Under the pieces are notes generated by a model, which did not search any database, had not been told where the DNA came from, and saw nothing but the letters and a program-made list of their open reading frames with translations. DNA of 64,000 bases from Savitreella phatthalungensis (lineage: Eukaryota), in the NCBI GenBank assembly GCA_051599415.1, contig AP039703.1, forward strand, positions 310,001-374,000, written 5' to 3'. Positions 20,961 through 33,111 of this stretch are shown in pieces. The position numbers and the translations under genes were made by a program. Within the stretch, counting starts at the first letter, position 1; each line of letters begins with the position of its first letter.

Positions 20961-21215
20961 GTCTTCGCCGAGGTCTGTGTCGCAATTGCTGTCTTGTCCA
21001 ACTCTTCTCTTTAAATTGCCTACAGTCGCGATCATCGAGCGAGAGGTTTGCTGTGATGCATGCAGTATATTCGTCCGACCCAAATTCACGCACGCGTCGC
21101 GTTCATGATTGATCAGCTTGGCCAACGTCAAATCCATAAGACATTTTCTCTATCTACATATAGTGCGTAAGGTCTATAGCTGGCAAGCCGTCTCGGTGCT
21201 GATGTAATTTTTGAT

Positions 21216-22619
21216 TCACGCAACTTCTGTCGGAGGGGTGGATGTCCTCTCAGACTCATAATCGGAGGTGTCTTCAGGTGGGAGGTCGCTGGAGGCGCGA
21301 CGAGAGAACGGCCCGTTGCCCTTGCCCTCTCGTGGCGTGGGGTGCAGGCCATTCGTTCGCATCATGTCCTCGACAACTTCCATTCCACGGGTAGCCAATA
21401 TTGACAGTAAAGTCTCTGCGAGACCGTGCGAAGCCTCCGTCAGTCCCTGGAGATAAATCCCGCCGGCAGTCTGCTGCTTGTCCGATGCTCTGCGGACACG
21501 GTAGAGACGTGACGTCTCTGGCTTTCCGTCTTCTCGGTAAATGATGTCGTCGAATGTTTTCAGGGCGTCAAGGTGGAAATTTCGTGAGTAGCCGGTCGCG
21601 CAGAACACATAGTCGTATTCGTCACTGCGGTGCTCGTCGGTTTCACCATCCACTGAGTGCACAGTCACCCCCTCGGCCCTGGCATCGAATCCCGTGATCT
21701 CTGTGTTTGGTTGAAGAGCATGTGGCTTGCTGTGACCAGGTAGTTCTTGAACGTAAAGATGCTTGTACATCTCCTCGAGTAAGTGTAGACGCACCACTGA
21801 GTAATTGGTCTGGCGACAATCCTCGATAAGTTCTCTCCGCTTCTGCTCCGGCATCTTGAACCACCGATCGACTCTACTGGATGGGTCGAACACTTCATTC
21901 ACGAAAGGCGAGTCGTCTGATGGTTTCAGAGCTGATGACCTGAATTTCAGATCGACACGAGAATCGGGGAAGAGCTTTGTGAGATGTGTCCATGTCTCTG
22001 CGGCGGACTGACCTGAGCCGATGACGCAGAAGCCCTTCGTGATACTCGCCCGGTTGAGATTTTCGACCGTCTGTATGAATCGTGAGGTGTGCACCATGCG
22101 CTCATGTTTGGGAAATGTGTCTGGTATGTTCGGTTGGCCACCGGTACAGAAAATGACGTTCCGCGCGAGCAATGTCTGCGAAACATTACCGGCGCTTTCG
22201 ACCGACACTCGGTGGATGTTGACATTGTCTGTGGGCTCGACACCGAGCACCTTGGTGTTGTACTGAACAGTGCCATCTCGAGCAACGCGCCTAGCCGCCC
22301 ACGACATGTAGGCCTGGTACTCTTCGCGAGACGGCAGAAAGGTGTCGAGGTTCAAGAATTTCAGCAGGCGGCCTTGTTCGTGAAGATAATTGAGGAAAGT
22401 GTACTCTGATCGTGGATTGCGAAGTGTCGCCAGGTCCTTCAAAAAACTGATTTGCATGGAAGCGCCAGGGATTAGCATACCCGGATGCCATTTGAAGCTA
22501 TCCTGCTGCTCAAGGCAGCGAAAGTTTGTTAGCCCCTTCTCCTTTGCTGCGATGGCAATTGCTAAGCCCGCAGGACCAAACCCTAACGTGACGAAGTCAT
22601 AGACGTGCTCAGAAGACAT
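21216..22619 (-). CDS. sidA: L-ornithine N5-monooxygenase (hydroxamate siderophore biosynthesis; SidA/Sib2/Sid1 family)
   Basis: FAD motif GFGPAGLA; WHPGML, MQISFLKDLATLRNPRSEYTFLNYL, NADPH motif VIGSGQSAAE, PSDDSPFVNEVF, TNYSVV, ATGY, HGL.ETLLS.LA.R. Confidence 0.93.
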   Translation of the reverse strand: MSSEHVYDFVTLGFGPAGLAIAIAAKEKGLTNFRCLEQQDSFKWHPGMLIPGASMQISFLKDLATLRNPRSEYTFLNYLHEQGRLLKFLNLDTFLPSREEYQAYMSWAARRVARDGTVQYNTKVLGVEPTDNVNIHRVSVESAGNVSQTLLARNVIFCTGGQPNIPDTFPKHERMVHTSRFIQTVENLNRASITKGFCVIGSGQSAAETWTHLTKLFPDSRVDLKFRSSALKPSDDSPFVNEVFDPSSRVDRWFKMPEQKRRELIEDCRQTNYSVVRLHLLEEMYKHLYVQELPGHSKPHALQPNTEITGFDARAEGVTVHSVDGETDEHRSDEYDYVFCATGYSRNFHLDALKTFDDIIYREDGKPETSRLYRVRRASDKQQTAGGIYLQGLTEASHGLAETLLSILATRGMEVVEDMMRTNGLHPTPREGKGNGPFSRRASSDLPPEDTSDYESERTSTPPTEVA

Positions 22620-23900
22620 CTTCAGAAGACCTGCGTAACAGAATTGACAATTCGGATTGACGTTTGGCTTTGTATGTCGAGTTTCTCGCTATCTGATGGC
22701 CCCTAATGCCGATCCTCCAGGAAAAAATGCGGCAACCGTCAAAAGCAGCTCAAACGCTGTGGGAGCGCGCTTAACTGATGGTAAGAATTCTGGAACCTCT
22801 GTACTTGAAATCCAGCAGAGCTGTTCCCGTGCTTCGTGACAAGCGACGGACTTTGATAATCAAGATTGTCCTCGCGTGCAAGCTTCCGTCCAGATAGGAA
22901 AGCGAATCTTTCTTCCCTGGATGATGAGTTTCCTTGAGTGCGTACTCACGTATATATATGAGACAAGACAGTGATTGAATTCTTTGTGGATTCTGCTTGC
23001 TACACGATGACTACGAAGATCGATTTCGGCAAAAATCATCGATTCTTGCTTTCCACCACGGCTTGGCGTGTCGATTGTCGATGGTTGAGCGCGGAGGTAC
23101 GGATCATGGATGGCTGAGCGTAGCAGTGCGGCTAGCAAACAGTTTCCGAGACTTAGGTACCAAACGGTGACCTATTGTCGTGTCTGTCGTGACAGAATGT
23201 GGCTTTCATAAGATCTACGACCGAAGTCAAAGGAAAGGTTTGACTGCTGCTAGCTACAAAATCAAGTTGCTCTCCGCACAGTATTAGGTGAACTATACAG
23301 ATAGGTCAAGATCTGCTGCAGGCCGGAATTAATCGAAGATCCACCTCAAAGCACAAGCTCAACACAGTGAAAAAATTTGTTTTCCGTTTGCGCAGGAATT
23401 GGATAATTTTATGGTTGACAGACGTCATCACTTTCTTACCTGATCGCATAAAAATTCTTACGCGTGCTCTGTCCAATCGCATTACGTCTATAGTCAGCAT
23501 GACCATAGAAGAGATTTCAGTCCATGTCGCGTAGCTATCAGTTTTCCGAGCATTGTCTACGTACGTAAATACTGTATCAAAAGAGACTCCTGCTTTCTTA
23601 GATCTCTCATCAACCTCGAGTATTTGCTACGGCAAGGCCGACATGAAAATACCCAGAGCAAGATACGGTATTCTGCATGCGGCCAGCTCTTTCACGGTAT
23701 TTTGCATGCGTTCAGCTCTTTCGAACTTCAGCTGCATTTTGACGATTCTCGCCGACAAACAGAGACACGCATTGCCTCATGCCACACTTCATCCTTGTAT
23801 CTGGTCAATTTCTTTAGCATAGCCGTCTACCTTTGTATCTCAAATTTCTCTTGTCGACGACCACCTGTCCCCTGATCTGCCCTGTTCTCTGCCATCATGC

Positions 23901-25868
23901 TCATTTCCTGTACTCGGCAAGCATTCCACGGATTTGTCGCACTTCTGTCTGCATTGCTTTGAGCTCCTCAATCTGCTCTTCTGTCAGGCTTGATCCACCC
24001 AATAGCGCTTCGACCGCCCTTCGTGACTCGATAGACTTGCGCTTCAATAAAGCAACTGTCTCTCGCAGCTCATTCATCGTGCTTCTGAGACTTCTGAAAG
24101 CGTCCTTGCTGTGATTTGGCGATCCATGATGGGATGGTGGCTGTGAGTTTTGTTCCAGCAGTTTGTGACGCTTCGTTGGTGACAGTCCAGGGCTCTTAGC
24201 CTCTTCTCTCTGACGTTTGCTCCCAGCCGCTGATCCAGGGGGCCTCGATGGAGTTCCAGTTGCTCCAGCACGTGGATCTGGGGCGGACTGCACTGTCGGC
24301 AACACTCCGACAGATGCAGGAGATTTAGAGCTCGTCACCGGTGGAGGATATCTGCTGGATTGGAGGAACTTTGAGACGCGCACAACAGGCCGAGGTGCAG
24401 CCACGCTCGAACTAGGTTGAGAGTGATTTGTGCTTGTCGATGTCGCAACGGTGCTCGCAGATGAAATCGACCTGACAGAGCTGGTCGAAGCCATCGATGA
24501 AGTACGATCGTGAGCGCTCGCAGCGTTTGGCACGAGTTGCCCAGCTTCTAGGGCGCGCGGACTTGGTGTCCGCAAGGCGTTGCGTGAAATGGCTGGGGCT
24601 GTTGCACGACCCACACGCTCCGTCGTGTCAACCTGATCTCTTTTCCGCAATCTCAGCTTCACGATTCGCGTGCTCGGTAATTCGTGGTCAGACTCGCAGC
24701 TAGCGAGCCCAACTCCATCTGCCTTTGTTCTCTCCTCTCTGACGATTGGCTTGTGCTCGCCGCTTTCGACCTTTCCACTGAGCAACGGACTTTTTGATGA
24801 TGCTGGTAATCTTGGAGAAGGTGCATCGCTGGCATCACGATCTGGTTTCGATGTAAAGCTGGCTTTGAGTGGTGACGTACGTGGCAACTTATCATCTCGT
24901 GGCGACAGACCTTCTTCATCTGGGCGCAACGAGATAGTCGCACTCGGGGACTGCGGTTGTGATCCGAGAATGGTGACACTCGAGTCTGATGTCTCAGACT
25001 CCGCGTTCTGTTGACGTCGTTTTTCTGGATGGATCAGTTTTTGCCGTCTGGGGTCGTCGTGGGGCAGATCAAGTCTGTCGAATGCTGCAGAAACGCGACT
25101 GATGACTTGCTGACGCTCGGCACTAGTATACGACCGCCATTCCCAGATCTTGACGCTACGGAACGCATCAGGCCGCAGCTCGTAAGTTGCGCCGTCCTTT
25201 TGGAGCTCCGCAATCTCCTGCAATAAGGGAGAAATATCCTCGGCAGTACGCAACTTCCCTTGCAATCCCAGGCGAGTCAGTGGTCCGACCGCAAGCAGTT
25301 GCAAGGCACGGGTTCGTAATGGAATGACAACCTTGGGCGCGCTGGCTACCAGCAAGTTGGAACGGCGAGACAGGCTCGACGGCGCTGCAACTGAGGTGGC
25401 GACTTTGTGTCTTGGTGAATGTAATTCAGGCGTTGCTGATCGTGCGGGCGGGAGTGATGTGCTGCGCTTGTGTCCCCGCGTGCCGACCATGTCTTCAATG
25501 GCAACTTCCTGCACGGACCGATTCTGCTTCATGGCTCTCTCTTCGGCTTGTCTTGACTTAAGCTTTTCCGTTGCACTGCCACCCAAGGACCGTTGAACAG
25601 CGATCTTTTGTCCAACACGTCCAATAGCGCAAAGCTCTTCATTTAGTGTAGGTTTTGGTCGACAGATGTCAAGTGGGGAAGCCTCTGCTGACATAGTAAA
25701 CTTGTGAAAGCTCTTGCCCACCAAAAATTCGAGCTTGTCGAAGTCAACGGAGAAGCCGCCTGAAGCATTCGCGATGATCTCTTCCAAGGTCTCCGGGGAG
25801 AGCTTGACTTGAATCATCTTGGGCGGTTGCGCGCCCGCCGGTACAAATGTCGTCATGATGACCGCCAA
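23901..25868 (-). CDS. RNA polymerase II elongation factor ELL-like protein
   Basis: Central RTRALQLLAVGP...YELRPDAFRSVKIWEWRSYTSAERQQV...AFDRL segment resembles the ELL middle domain; C-terminal coiled coil. Confidence 0.65.
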   Translation of the reverse strand: MAVIMTTFVPAGAQPPKMIQVKLSPETLEEIIANASGGFSVDFDKLEFLVGKSFHKFTMSAEASPLDICRPKPTLNEELCAIGRVGQKIAVQRSLGGSATEKLKSRQAEERAMKQNRSVQEVAIEDMVGTRGHKRSTSLPPARSATPELHSPRHKVATSVAAPSSLSRRSNLLVASAPKVVIPLRTRALQLLAVGPLTRLGLQGKLRTAEDISPLLQEIAELQKDGATYELRPDAFRSVKIWEWRSYTSAERQQVISRVSAAFDRLDLPHDDPRRQKLIHPEKRRQQNAESETSDSSVTILGSQPQSPSATISLRPDEEGLSPRDDKLPRTSPLKASFTSKPDRDASDAPSPRLPASSKSPLLSGKVESGEHKPIVREERTKADGVGLASCESDHELPSTRIVKLRLRKRDQVDTTERVGRATAPAISRNALRTPSPRALEAGQLVPNAASAHDRTSSMASTSSVRSISSASTVATSTSTNHSQPSSSVAAPRPVVRVSKFLQSSRYPPPVTSSKSPASVGVLPTVQSAPDPRAGATGTPSRPPGSAAGSKRQREEAKSPGLSPTKRHKLLEQNSQPPSHHGSPNHSKDAFRSLRSTMNELRETVALLKRKSIESRRAVEALLGGSSLTEEQIEELKAMQTEVRQIRGMLAEYRK

Positions 25869-28800
25869 AGGTCACGCCAGATCAAAATTGGTTCGAGAGT
25901 GGAGCGCACGGCGAGATGGTCTCAAGGTGCCGTTGCAGCCAGGGCTCCTTGCGCCTTGCCCGGCGTTATCGCGACGGTCAAGGCTACAGCAGGGCCACTG
26001 CGTCGACGACAGCTGGGAATGGTATTGTTGTTCCAATTGCGTGAATATCGATCCTTACCCAAACCGCTGTGAGGTACCCAAATGAGCACTTCAACGGATC
26101 GCAGAGCGTGCGGATCTCTCAAAAACGTGTGCTGGCTGCTGCGAGGTCGGGAGTAGTCGCGCTTTTATGCCTTTTGTAAGCACTGAGTCTTGCTAAAGAT
26201 ACTTGACTGCTTCGCGGCCGGTGCTGTGTATGTACGCCAAAAGATCGACGGCTGTTCCCATCTCTTGGACTTGATGGCACGGCTCTCGTTGACGTTGCTG
26301 CTGCTGCATCACAGCTGCACGCTCGATCACGCTTCTCGTACTTAGGACAGCTGAGTAGGTCCTGGTCTGGCCAGCTGCAGACAGACGAGGAAACCCTAAC
26401 TTTCGAAAACGCGCTCGATCGGGAAATTCAGTCGAGCTCTGGAGAAGCTTCGAAACTGATCACGCCTCAGATCATGATGACTTGCAAAACTCGCCGTTTT
26501 ACCAGCTGTCTGGCATGCACGGGTATGCACGCAAGTACGTAACACCTTAATCGCATATGACCATGCACGAGACATAGCAATGATGCCGATCTCCCGATTG
26601 ATTAGATCGAGATCCTTCCTCTGATGAAAGGTCCGCTACTCGCAAGTGCCCGGTCATCAGCTCCCAACGAAATGCTCATGAATGAGACCGTATGCGGACA
26701 TGGTGGTTAAGTGCTCATGATGCATTGAAAGCGTGCATGCGCCTGATGCAAGCAATCATAATTCACGCGTGAGCGATGCCACCAGGTCGTTGCACGCGGG
26801 TACACTCAGGACTTATAACACAGCATCAATGTATATCTAATCAGTCTTCGCGAACGTCTCTTACAGATACAACACGTGTCATTGTCTGTGTTTTTGTGAC
26901 GAGTATTCTTCGATCGGAATCTATGCTATGAAGTGCGCGGACGTCCAGCAGAGCAATCCCATGGTCAAGCAATGTACACGTGCCTCCCATGTATTTTGCC
27001 TGTACTGGAAAGGTGGTAGCCCCATATTCCTCATATTTACTTACCGCGTGGATCAATCTCGTCATCTAGCGCGATCGAGGTGAACCCATATCTTGATGCT
27101 CAGTATTCTTCTCAGACTACTTATACTCGTGGTCTACGGTCCTGCATGATTCGTAAGACTCGTTAATGATTCCGAGGCGCTCCAATTTACGAACAGCTTG
27201 CTTTTCTTAGTATTTGCCCCGCTTAAAGCCAATTCAGGTACTGTGAGTTCCTGTGCGGGACTCTTCTGTGTAGAGCTCGATGATCCTGGCTCTGGCCTGA
27301 GCTACGCCTTTTTCGGCCGCTGTATAGGGACTAGGGATAGGCGTATCGTTTTGACTCGATGGGGTGGTCTCTCCGCCGATTACCTCGCTGTCGTCTAGAT
27401 GCAGCCGTGGTGAAATCCCACGTCCAGTCGCATCAGTCGCATCTTGACGTCCTGTTCGCTGCATGGTCTTGCTTCTAGTCGTGATTGCAGTCATGAATGC
27501 GGGTTTGCGAGTGCTCGTAATTTCCGTCTGGAAGTGACGCTGTGTGGGATATGGCAACGCATTGGTTGATAGGAAGCGACTCAAATTTCGTCCTGAACGC
27601 CTATCGCGAGCTTCCGCTTCCATTATCGGCAGTCATTGATCCAGAGCACAAGGTATTGAGGCCAGTCTTGCCGCCTATCGGAAATCATAACTGTAGCTGG
27701 TTGCAATATCAATCTGATGAAATGTTTTATGAACACCTAAGCGAGTGTCTGCTGACCAAAGACATGTCTGGTATCAGTAGACGAAGAGGCTTTGATGCAC
27801 ACACATGTATCAGAAGACATAAAACGGACTGGTTCGAAATGCTCCCGTCGATGCACCGTTCCGGTTCATTCTATGTTGTGGTGCATGTACGCCTTGGGTA
27901 TGTGCAAGATATGCACAATGGCCACCCTGACAAGATACAGCTCAGAGAAATCCAGGTGAGGTCAACGCAAGCCGTCCGTCCAACCCTGGTTGCATGGCGC
28001 ACCGATATGGCATTTTGACATGCAGTATTTATGGACATTCGCAGCAAGACGAGGAACGAAAACTGAATGCATCGCGCTACTGTCTTCGCATTCATGCCCA
28101 ATGATCATACACGCTTGATCTGTCGGCTACTCGCTGCCTCCCCCCTCAAAGGAGATCTCGTGTCATGACTTGTCAGAGAGCTGATCGATGATCGAGAGCT
28201 GGAGATTTTCCCTGACCGAGCACGAGCACCGAGCCGCACCTGTCTGCCAGCCGTGACAAGCGACTTGTGTCACATGGGACAATTCGGAATCGATCCGGAA
28301 AAATTGTAGCGGGGCCGATCGGAAGATTGGACCTGGGGGCACCCGTGGGCAAGCACATGGGCAATGCACAGCTCAGAAAAATGCAATCTATCGTAAATCC
28401 ATAGCTTCTGCTTTTATCAGGAGTACCACTCTCGGCTGAACGAGCTTCATCAGATTTGCGCAACAGGCAAATACTGTCGTGAGATGTGCGCTCTGCATAC
28501 TCTGGCGCCGCTGCTAGACTTCCGCCCATCCGATTGCCGGCATTGACACATGTTGCGTCCCGCCGTTTGCTGTGTTGTACAACGGTCGACGGCATGAACA
28601 TTTCTGCTGCTCTGCCTGTACATATGAAATGATATAGCTAGCAAGCTACAGCTCCTCCACAATGCCGAGGCTTCACGATTCGAAACTTTCTGAGAGTTCG
28701 TAGAGCCGATCACGGCGCGCTGGAATCGGCTGCAGAAACAGCTGTAATTTACGTAGTGGTAGAGCATGTGCTTCTCCGCCGCGGGTGCAATTGAGAGGAA

Positions 28801-29393
28801 ACCGAGCAAAACTTCAGCCAGAAGCGCACTGTGACCTCGCCTGTCATAATTTCCAGCAGCTTTCACAATCCGATCCTGGTGAGAAAGTCAAGACGCCACT
28901 ATTGGCTTGAGCGGCGGGCACTCTCAATGTCTTGGGCAAGAGATACTGTAAAGCTGGAAAGGATTGTCGCGGCGTAGGTCAATCGGCCTCCAAGCTACAC
29001 ATTGGGATCAGATATAAAAGGTCGAAGATGATCCTGGCCTTCCGACTTGATAGATGGAAATGAGCTTCTTTTGCTTGGATTAAGCAATTGAACTAGGAAG
29101 TATGACCATTTGGGTCTCCTTATGGAGCCGTTTGCGAGTTGATCCCGATCATAGAATCCTCGGCAACAAATCTAACTTATATTTCGAATCTGATTTCACT
29201 GGTATCCCGGTCTGAACCAGATTTGAACCTTTCAAGACTATAATCTACGATACCTCCGCATTCCGGTCAAAGTCGGCTGGCTGGACTTTTAAACTAGTGA
29301 GGATCAAAAATCCCAATTCGAATCTATTTAGGTCGCAGGAGGTACAGCGGGAAAAATGCAGTTCCCTCCTGTTGGAGATCTAGCTCTGTGTGA

Positions 29394-29453
29394 GTCGGTC
29401 GGTCGGTCGGTCGGTCGATCGATCAATCAATCAATCAGTCAAGCAAGCAATCG
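29394..29453. repeat. Drifting tetranucleotide array (GGTC>GATC>AATC>AAGC)
   Basis: gtcggtcggtcggtcggtcggtcgatcgatcaatcaatcaatcagtcaagcaagcaatc. Confidence 0.85.
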
Positions 29454-29535
29454 CTTCATTCTCCCCTCCGCCTTCCCCCAGAGTCCAAGCTCTCTCGTCT
29501 CCGCTCTGTTCCGCCTCGGTCATACACTGAGCCGT

Positions 29536-29715
29536 TGACTCACTCGCTCGCTCGCTCGCTCGCACGCCTCGACGCCTGAGTCATGCATGCACAACCCTAC
29601 TGACGCAAGCAGTCACTCATGCAATTCCATCCTGTAGCCTCGCCAGTCAGCATTGTGCCTCTTTCGCTGGCATCTTGCTCGCACGACAGTCTCCTCCATC
29701 GGCGTACTATATAGT
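29536..29715 (+). promoter_or_regulatory. ICL1 proximal promoter: two AP-1/Gcn4-type TGASTCA sites flanking a (CTCG)n run, plus a TATA-like element
   Basis: TGACTCA 29536-29542, TGAGTCA 29577-29583, TGACGCA 29601-29607, TATATA near 29708; ATG at 29781. Confidence 0.45.
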
Positions 29716-29780
29716 AGTCTGAGAATTCCTTCCATATTCAATCTCTGTCTCGTTACTCCTGGTTAGACATATCATTCACA

Positions 29781-31433
29781 ATGCCTTACACCAAGATTGA
29801 CATCGCTGCCGAGAAGGCAGACTTCTCCCAGCAAGTCAACGAGCTTAAGGCATGGTGGTCACAGCCTCGTTTCAAGGGAATCGTTCGCCCGTATTCTGCG
29901 GAGGAGATCGTGTCGAAGCGTGGTAGTCGCATCGCTCGCACTACCCCGGTCTCGAACAACCTGTCCGAGAAGCTGTACAGCCTGCTGGTCGAGCACGACA
30001 AGAACAAGACGGCCTCACGTACTTTCGGTGCACTTGACCCAATTCACGTTGCACAGATGGCCAAGTATGTCGACTCCATTTATGTTTCTGGCTGGCAGTG
30101 CTCGTCGACCGCATCGACCTCTAACGAGCCCGGACCGGATATCGCGGACTACCCGTACGACACCGTCCCAAATAAGGTCGAGCACCTTTTCATGGCCCAG
30201 CTCTTCCACGACCGCAAGCAGAAGGAGGACCGATGGGGCATGGCAGAGTCTCAGCGCGCCAACACACCCTTCATCGACTTCCTCCGTCCGATCATCGCAG
30301 ACGGCGACACGGGACACGGCGGCTTGACCGCTGTGATGAAGCTCACAAAATTGATGATCGAGCGTGGCGCCGCCGGTATTCACTTCGAGGACCAAGCACC
30401 TGGAACCAAAAAGTGTGGCCATCTCGCAGGCAAGGTGCTCGTGCCAACGCAGGAGCACATCAATCGTCTGGTTGCTGCACGTGCTATGGCTGACATCTGC
30501 GGCTCTTCCACTGTCATTGTTGCACGCACGGATGCAGAGGCTGCCACCTTCATTTCGACCAACATTGACTCGCGTGACCACAAGTACATCATTGGCGCCA
30601 CCACGCCAGGCCTCAAGCCGCTCGCACAATTGATGTACGATGCTGAGGTCGCCGGCAAGCGCGCTGACGAGCTCGAAAAGATCGAGACGCAGTGGCTGGC
30701 CTCTGCTAAGCTCCAGCTCTTCGATGACGCCGTTATTGCAGCCATCAAGACCAATGTCGTGACCGACTCTGAAGGAGCTGTCAAGAAGTACCTCGCCGCT
30801 ACAAAGGGCAAGTCCAATGCTGAGGCACGTGCGGTCGCAAAGGCAATTACCGGCACGGACATCTACTTCGATTGGGATGCTTGCCGCTCTCGCGAGGGCT
30901 ACTACCGCTACCAGGGAGGAACGGAAGCTTGCGTAGACCGAGCTATCTGCTATGCACCATACGCAGAACTCCTGTGGATGGAGACCAAGAATGCCAACTA
31001 TCCGCAGGCAGAAGAGTTCGCGAGGGGTGTCAAGGCTGTGTGGCCGGATCAGTGGCTCGCCTACAACCTGTCGCCGTCCTTTAACTGGTCTACAAACATG
31101 CCTGCGGACAAGATTGCCACATTCATTGAGGACATTGCGAAGCTCGGCTTTGTCTGGCAATTCATCACACTCGCTGGCCTGCACGCGTCCGGTCTCATCA
31201 TCGACACGTTTGCCCGTCAGTATGCCGTTGAAGGTATGAAGGCTTACGTCGAGATGATCCAGGAGCCCGAGCGCAAGGAGAAAGTTGAGCTTCTCACACA
31301 CCAGAAGTGGTCCGGTGCAGAGTACATGGACTCCATGCTGAAGATGGTTACCGGTGGTATCTCGTCTACAGCAGCAATGGGTGCTGGTGTCACCGAAACG
31401 CAATTCGCATCGAAGCCCGACGCGAAGCTCTAG
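29781..31433 (+). CDS. ICL1: Isocitrate lyase, peroxisomal (C-terminal PTS1 -AKL)
   Basis: [32 protein letters not shown], catalytic [26 protein letters not shown] (Phe/Thr of true ICL rather than methylisocitrate lyase), HQKWSGA, TETQF; ends AKL. Confidence 0.96.
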   Translation: MPYTKIDIAAEKADFSQQVNELKAWWSQPRFKGIVRPYSAEEIVSKRGSRIARTTPVSNNLSEKLYSLLVEHDKNKTASRTFGALDPIHVAQMAKYVDSIYVSGWQCSSTASTSNEPGPDIADYPYDTVPNKVEHLFMAQLFHDRKQKEDRWGMAESQRANTPFIDFLRPIIADGDTGHGGLTAVMKLTKLMIERGAAGIHFEDQAPGTKKCGHLAGKVLVPTQEHINRLVAARAMADICGSSTVIVARTDAEAATFISTNIDSRDHKYIIGATTPGLKPLAQLMYDAEVAGKRADELEKIETQWLASAKLQLFDDAVIAAIKTNVVTDSEGAVKKYLAATKGKSNAEARAVAKAITGTDIYFDWDACRSREGYYRYQGGTEACVDRAICYAPYAELLWMETKNANYPQAEEFARGVKAVWPDQWLAYNLSPSFNWSTNMPADKIATFIEDIAKLGFVWQFITLAGLHASGLIIDTFARQYAVEGMKAYVEMIQEPERKEKVELLTHQKWSGAEYMDSMLKMVTGGISSTAAMGAGVTETQFASKPDAKL

Positions 31434-31528
31434 ACGGCAAGCGCAGGTTCATAGTCTCATTTCATTCTTTCTGATTCCTACCTCTATGCAAATCGAAAGT
31501 TGCTTCAGCCTTGTAAATAGCCTGGTGC

Positions 31529-32632
31529 TCATGCAAACATTTTGGAGTAGGCGGCTTTTTCACGTTGTTTGCGCTCCGCGACGAGTTTTTTGACACGCGT
31601 GAGCTCGCGTCTGACCTCGGGATCTTGAGGCGCGATGGCGCTGGCTTTCTCAAGGTCTTCAAGCGCGCCGAGCTCATCGCGGGCATGTGAGCGTGCCACG
31701 CCGCGTCTGTAGAGTGCCTTCGTACGATCTGCTTCGGTTACTTCTGGCTGCGGAGAGCCATCGAGAACATGCGTAGCCGATGTGATAGCCTCCCGGTACT
31801 GCTTCAGCTTGAGATGAAGCAGAGCTGAATTTAAGTGGAGAGATACACGCAGAATTCGCAACTCTTGCTTGACGGCGTGCGCATCGTCCGGCGAGACGTC
31901 GAGCAAGTATCGCAGAGCCTTTGCGTACTTTGTCAAGCCGCGCTCAAGGTCCCCAGCCTTGAAGGCATTGTTCCCGAGCTGTTTCAAGGCCTTTGCCGCC
32001 TCAAACATGGCCATGCCAGATCTATCACCTTCCTGATCTTCTGGGAAGTCTTCATAAGGATCAGCTGGATCCGCATGGGCTGAGGATTGAGACGCGGCGG
32101 CCGCATCGTACAGGCCGCATTCAGTGATAATTACCTCCTGCTCTGGACGGTCTCCTGCATCAGTCTTCACAGCTTCAATCGTTCTTACAACGCCCTTGCC
32201 TTTGATGACCTCTCCGAAGACAACGTGCTTGCCATCCAGATGCGGTGTCTCTGTCGTGGTGATGAAGAACTGTGACCCGTTGGTATCCTTGCCTGCATTT
32301 GCCATCGACAGTAGGAAAGGCTTATCGTGCTTGAAAGGGAATGCTTCATCGGCAAACTTCTCCCCATATATCGACTCGCCACCTGTCCCGTCTCCGCGAG
32401 TGAAGTCGCCACCCTGCAACATGAAGTTGCGAATGCATCTGTGGAATTTTGAACCCTTGTAGTGCAATGGGATGCCAGCCTTGCCACTGCCCCGCTCGCC
32501 GGTGCAAAGAGCGCGGAAATTGTCTGTCGTCTTTGGGAGCTCTTCCGTGTAAAGCTTCATCACGATACGGCCTGTCGGCCTGCCGCCGATGGCGATGTCG
32601 AAGAAGACTCGGGAATCCTGTGTGGCAGCCAT
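31529..32632 (-). CDS. CPR6: Cyclophilin-40 (PPIase D; cyclophilin + TPR Hsp90 co-chaperone)
   Basis: [46 protein letters not shown], then TPR repeats ([16 protein letters not shown]); ends AYSKMF. Confidence 0.93.
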   Translation of the reverse strand: MAATQDSRVFFDIAIGGRPTGRIVMKLYTEELPKTTDNFRALCTGERGSGKAGIPLHYKGSKFHRCIRNFMLQGGDFTRGDGTGGESIYGEKFADEAFPFKHDKPFLLSMANAGKDTNGSQFFITTTETPHLDGKHVVFGEVIKGKGVVRTIEAVKTDAGDRPEQEVIITECGLYDAAAASQSSAHADPADPYEDFPEDQEGDRSGMAMFEAAKALKQLGNNAFKAGDLERGLTKYAKALRYLLDVSPDDAHAVKQELRILRVSLHLNSALLHLKLKQYREAITSATHVLDGSPQPEVTEADRTKALYRRGVARSHARDELGALEDLEKASAIAPQDPEVRRELTRVKKLVAERKQREKAAYSKMFA

Positions 32633-33111
32633 GTTAGAAGTTTGCTATATCGGAATGATCTCCAAGGACTGGTAATCTGCAAAAAGACAGTATGAATCGT
32701 TGTCTATGCGGGTAGCTCGAACGACAGCACTGTCTTTGTCGCGTAGAATGTTCTCGCGCAAACCCAGTTCGACAGGCGTGCATTCGATGAATCTTTCGTC
32801 TGGAGTTCCGTCATTGTAAAGTGAAACAGCTAGCCGTGCAACTGAATGCAGACCTGCTCATACTGGCTCACCTCTTTAAGCCCAAATCCACGTACTGGAT
32901 AGATGCATTCATGTATGTATGCATGCATGACTGTGAATTAAGTGCATATGTGCATCCTGCTGAAATTTGCGCACATATTGGAATTATTTATATGCATGAT
33001 AAGTTCGATCGCGCAGGCCACCAAAGTGGTCTACATAATTCAATTGATGAAATCGACGACCAGTCCCACAGGGTACATAAGTTTATTTTATGATAAAAAT
33101 GATATGGTACC

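Noticed and set aside
22575..22590. Second AAACCCTAAC telomere-like motif
   Set aside because: Lies inside the sidA CDS, encoding part of the FAD-binding TLGFG; it shows that the 9-mer arises by chance.
22620..23600. GATA (SreA/Fep1-type) iron-repression sites upstream of sidA
   Set aside because: A handful of WGATAR hits (about 22689, 22854, 22892, 23299, 23535) but no full ATCWGATAA, and not clearly above chance for the length.
30015..31403. 462-aa antisense ORF opposite ICL1
   Set aside because: Shadow ORF expected from strong codon bias in a highly expressed gene; it has no recognisable motifs.
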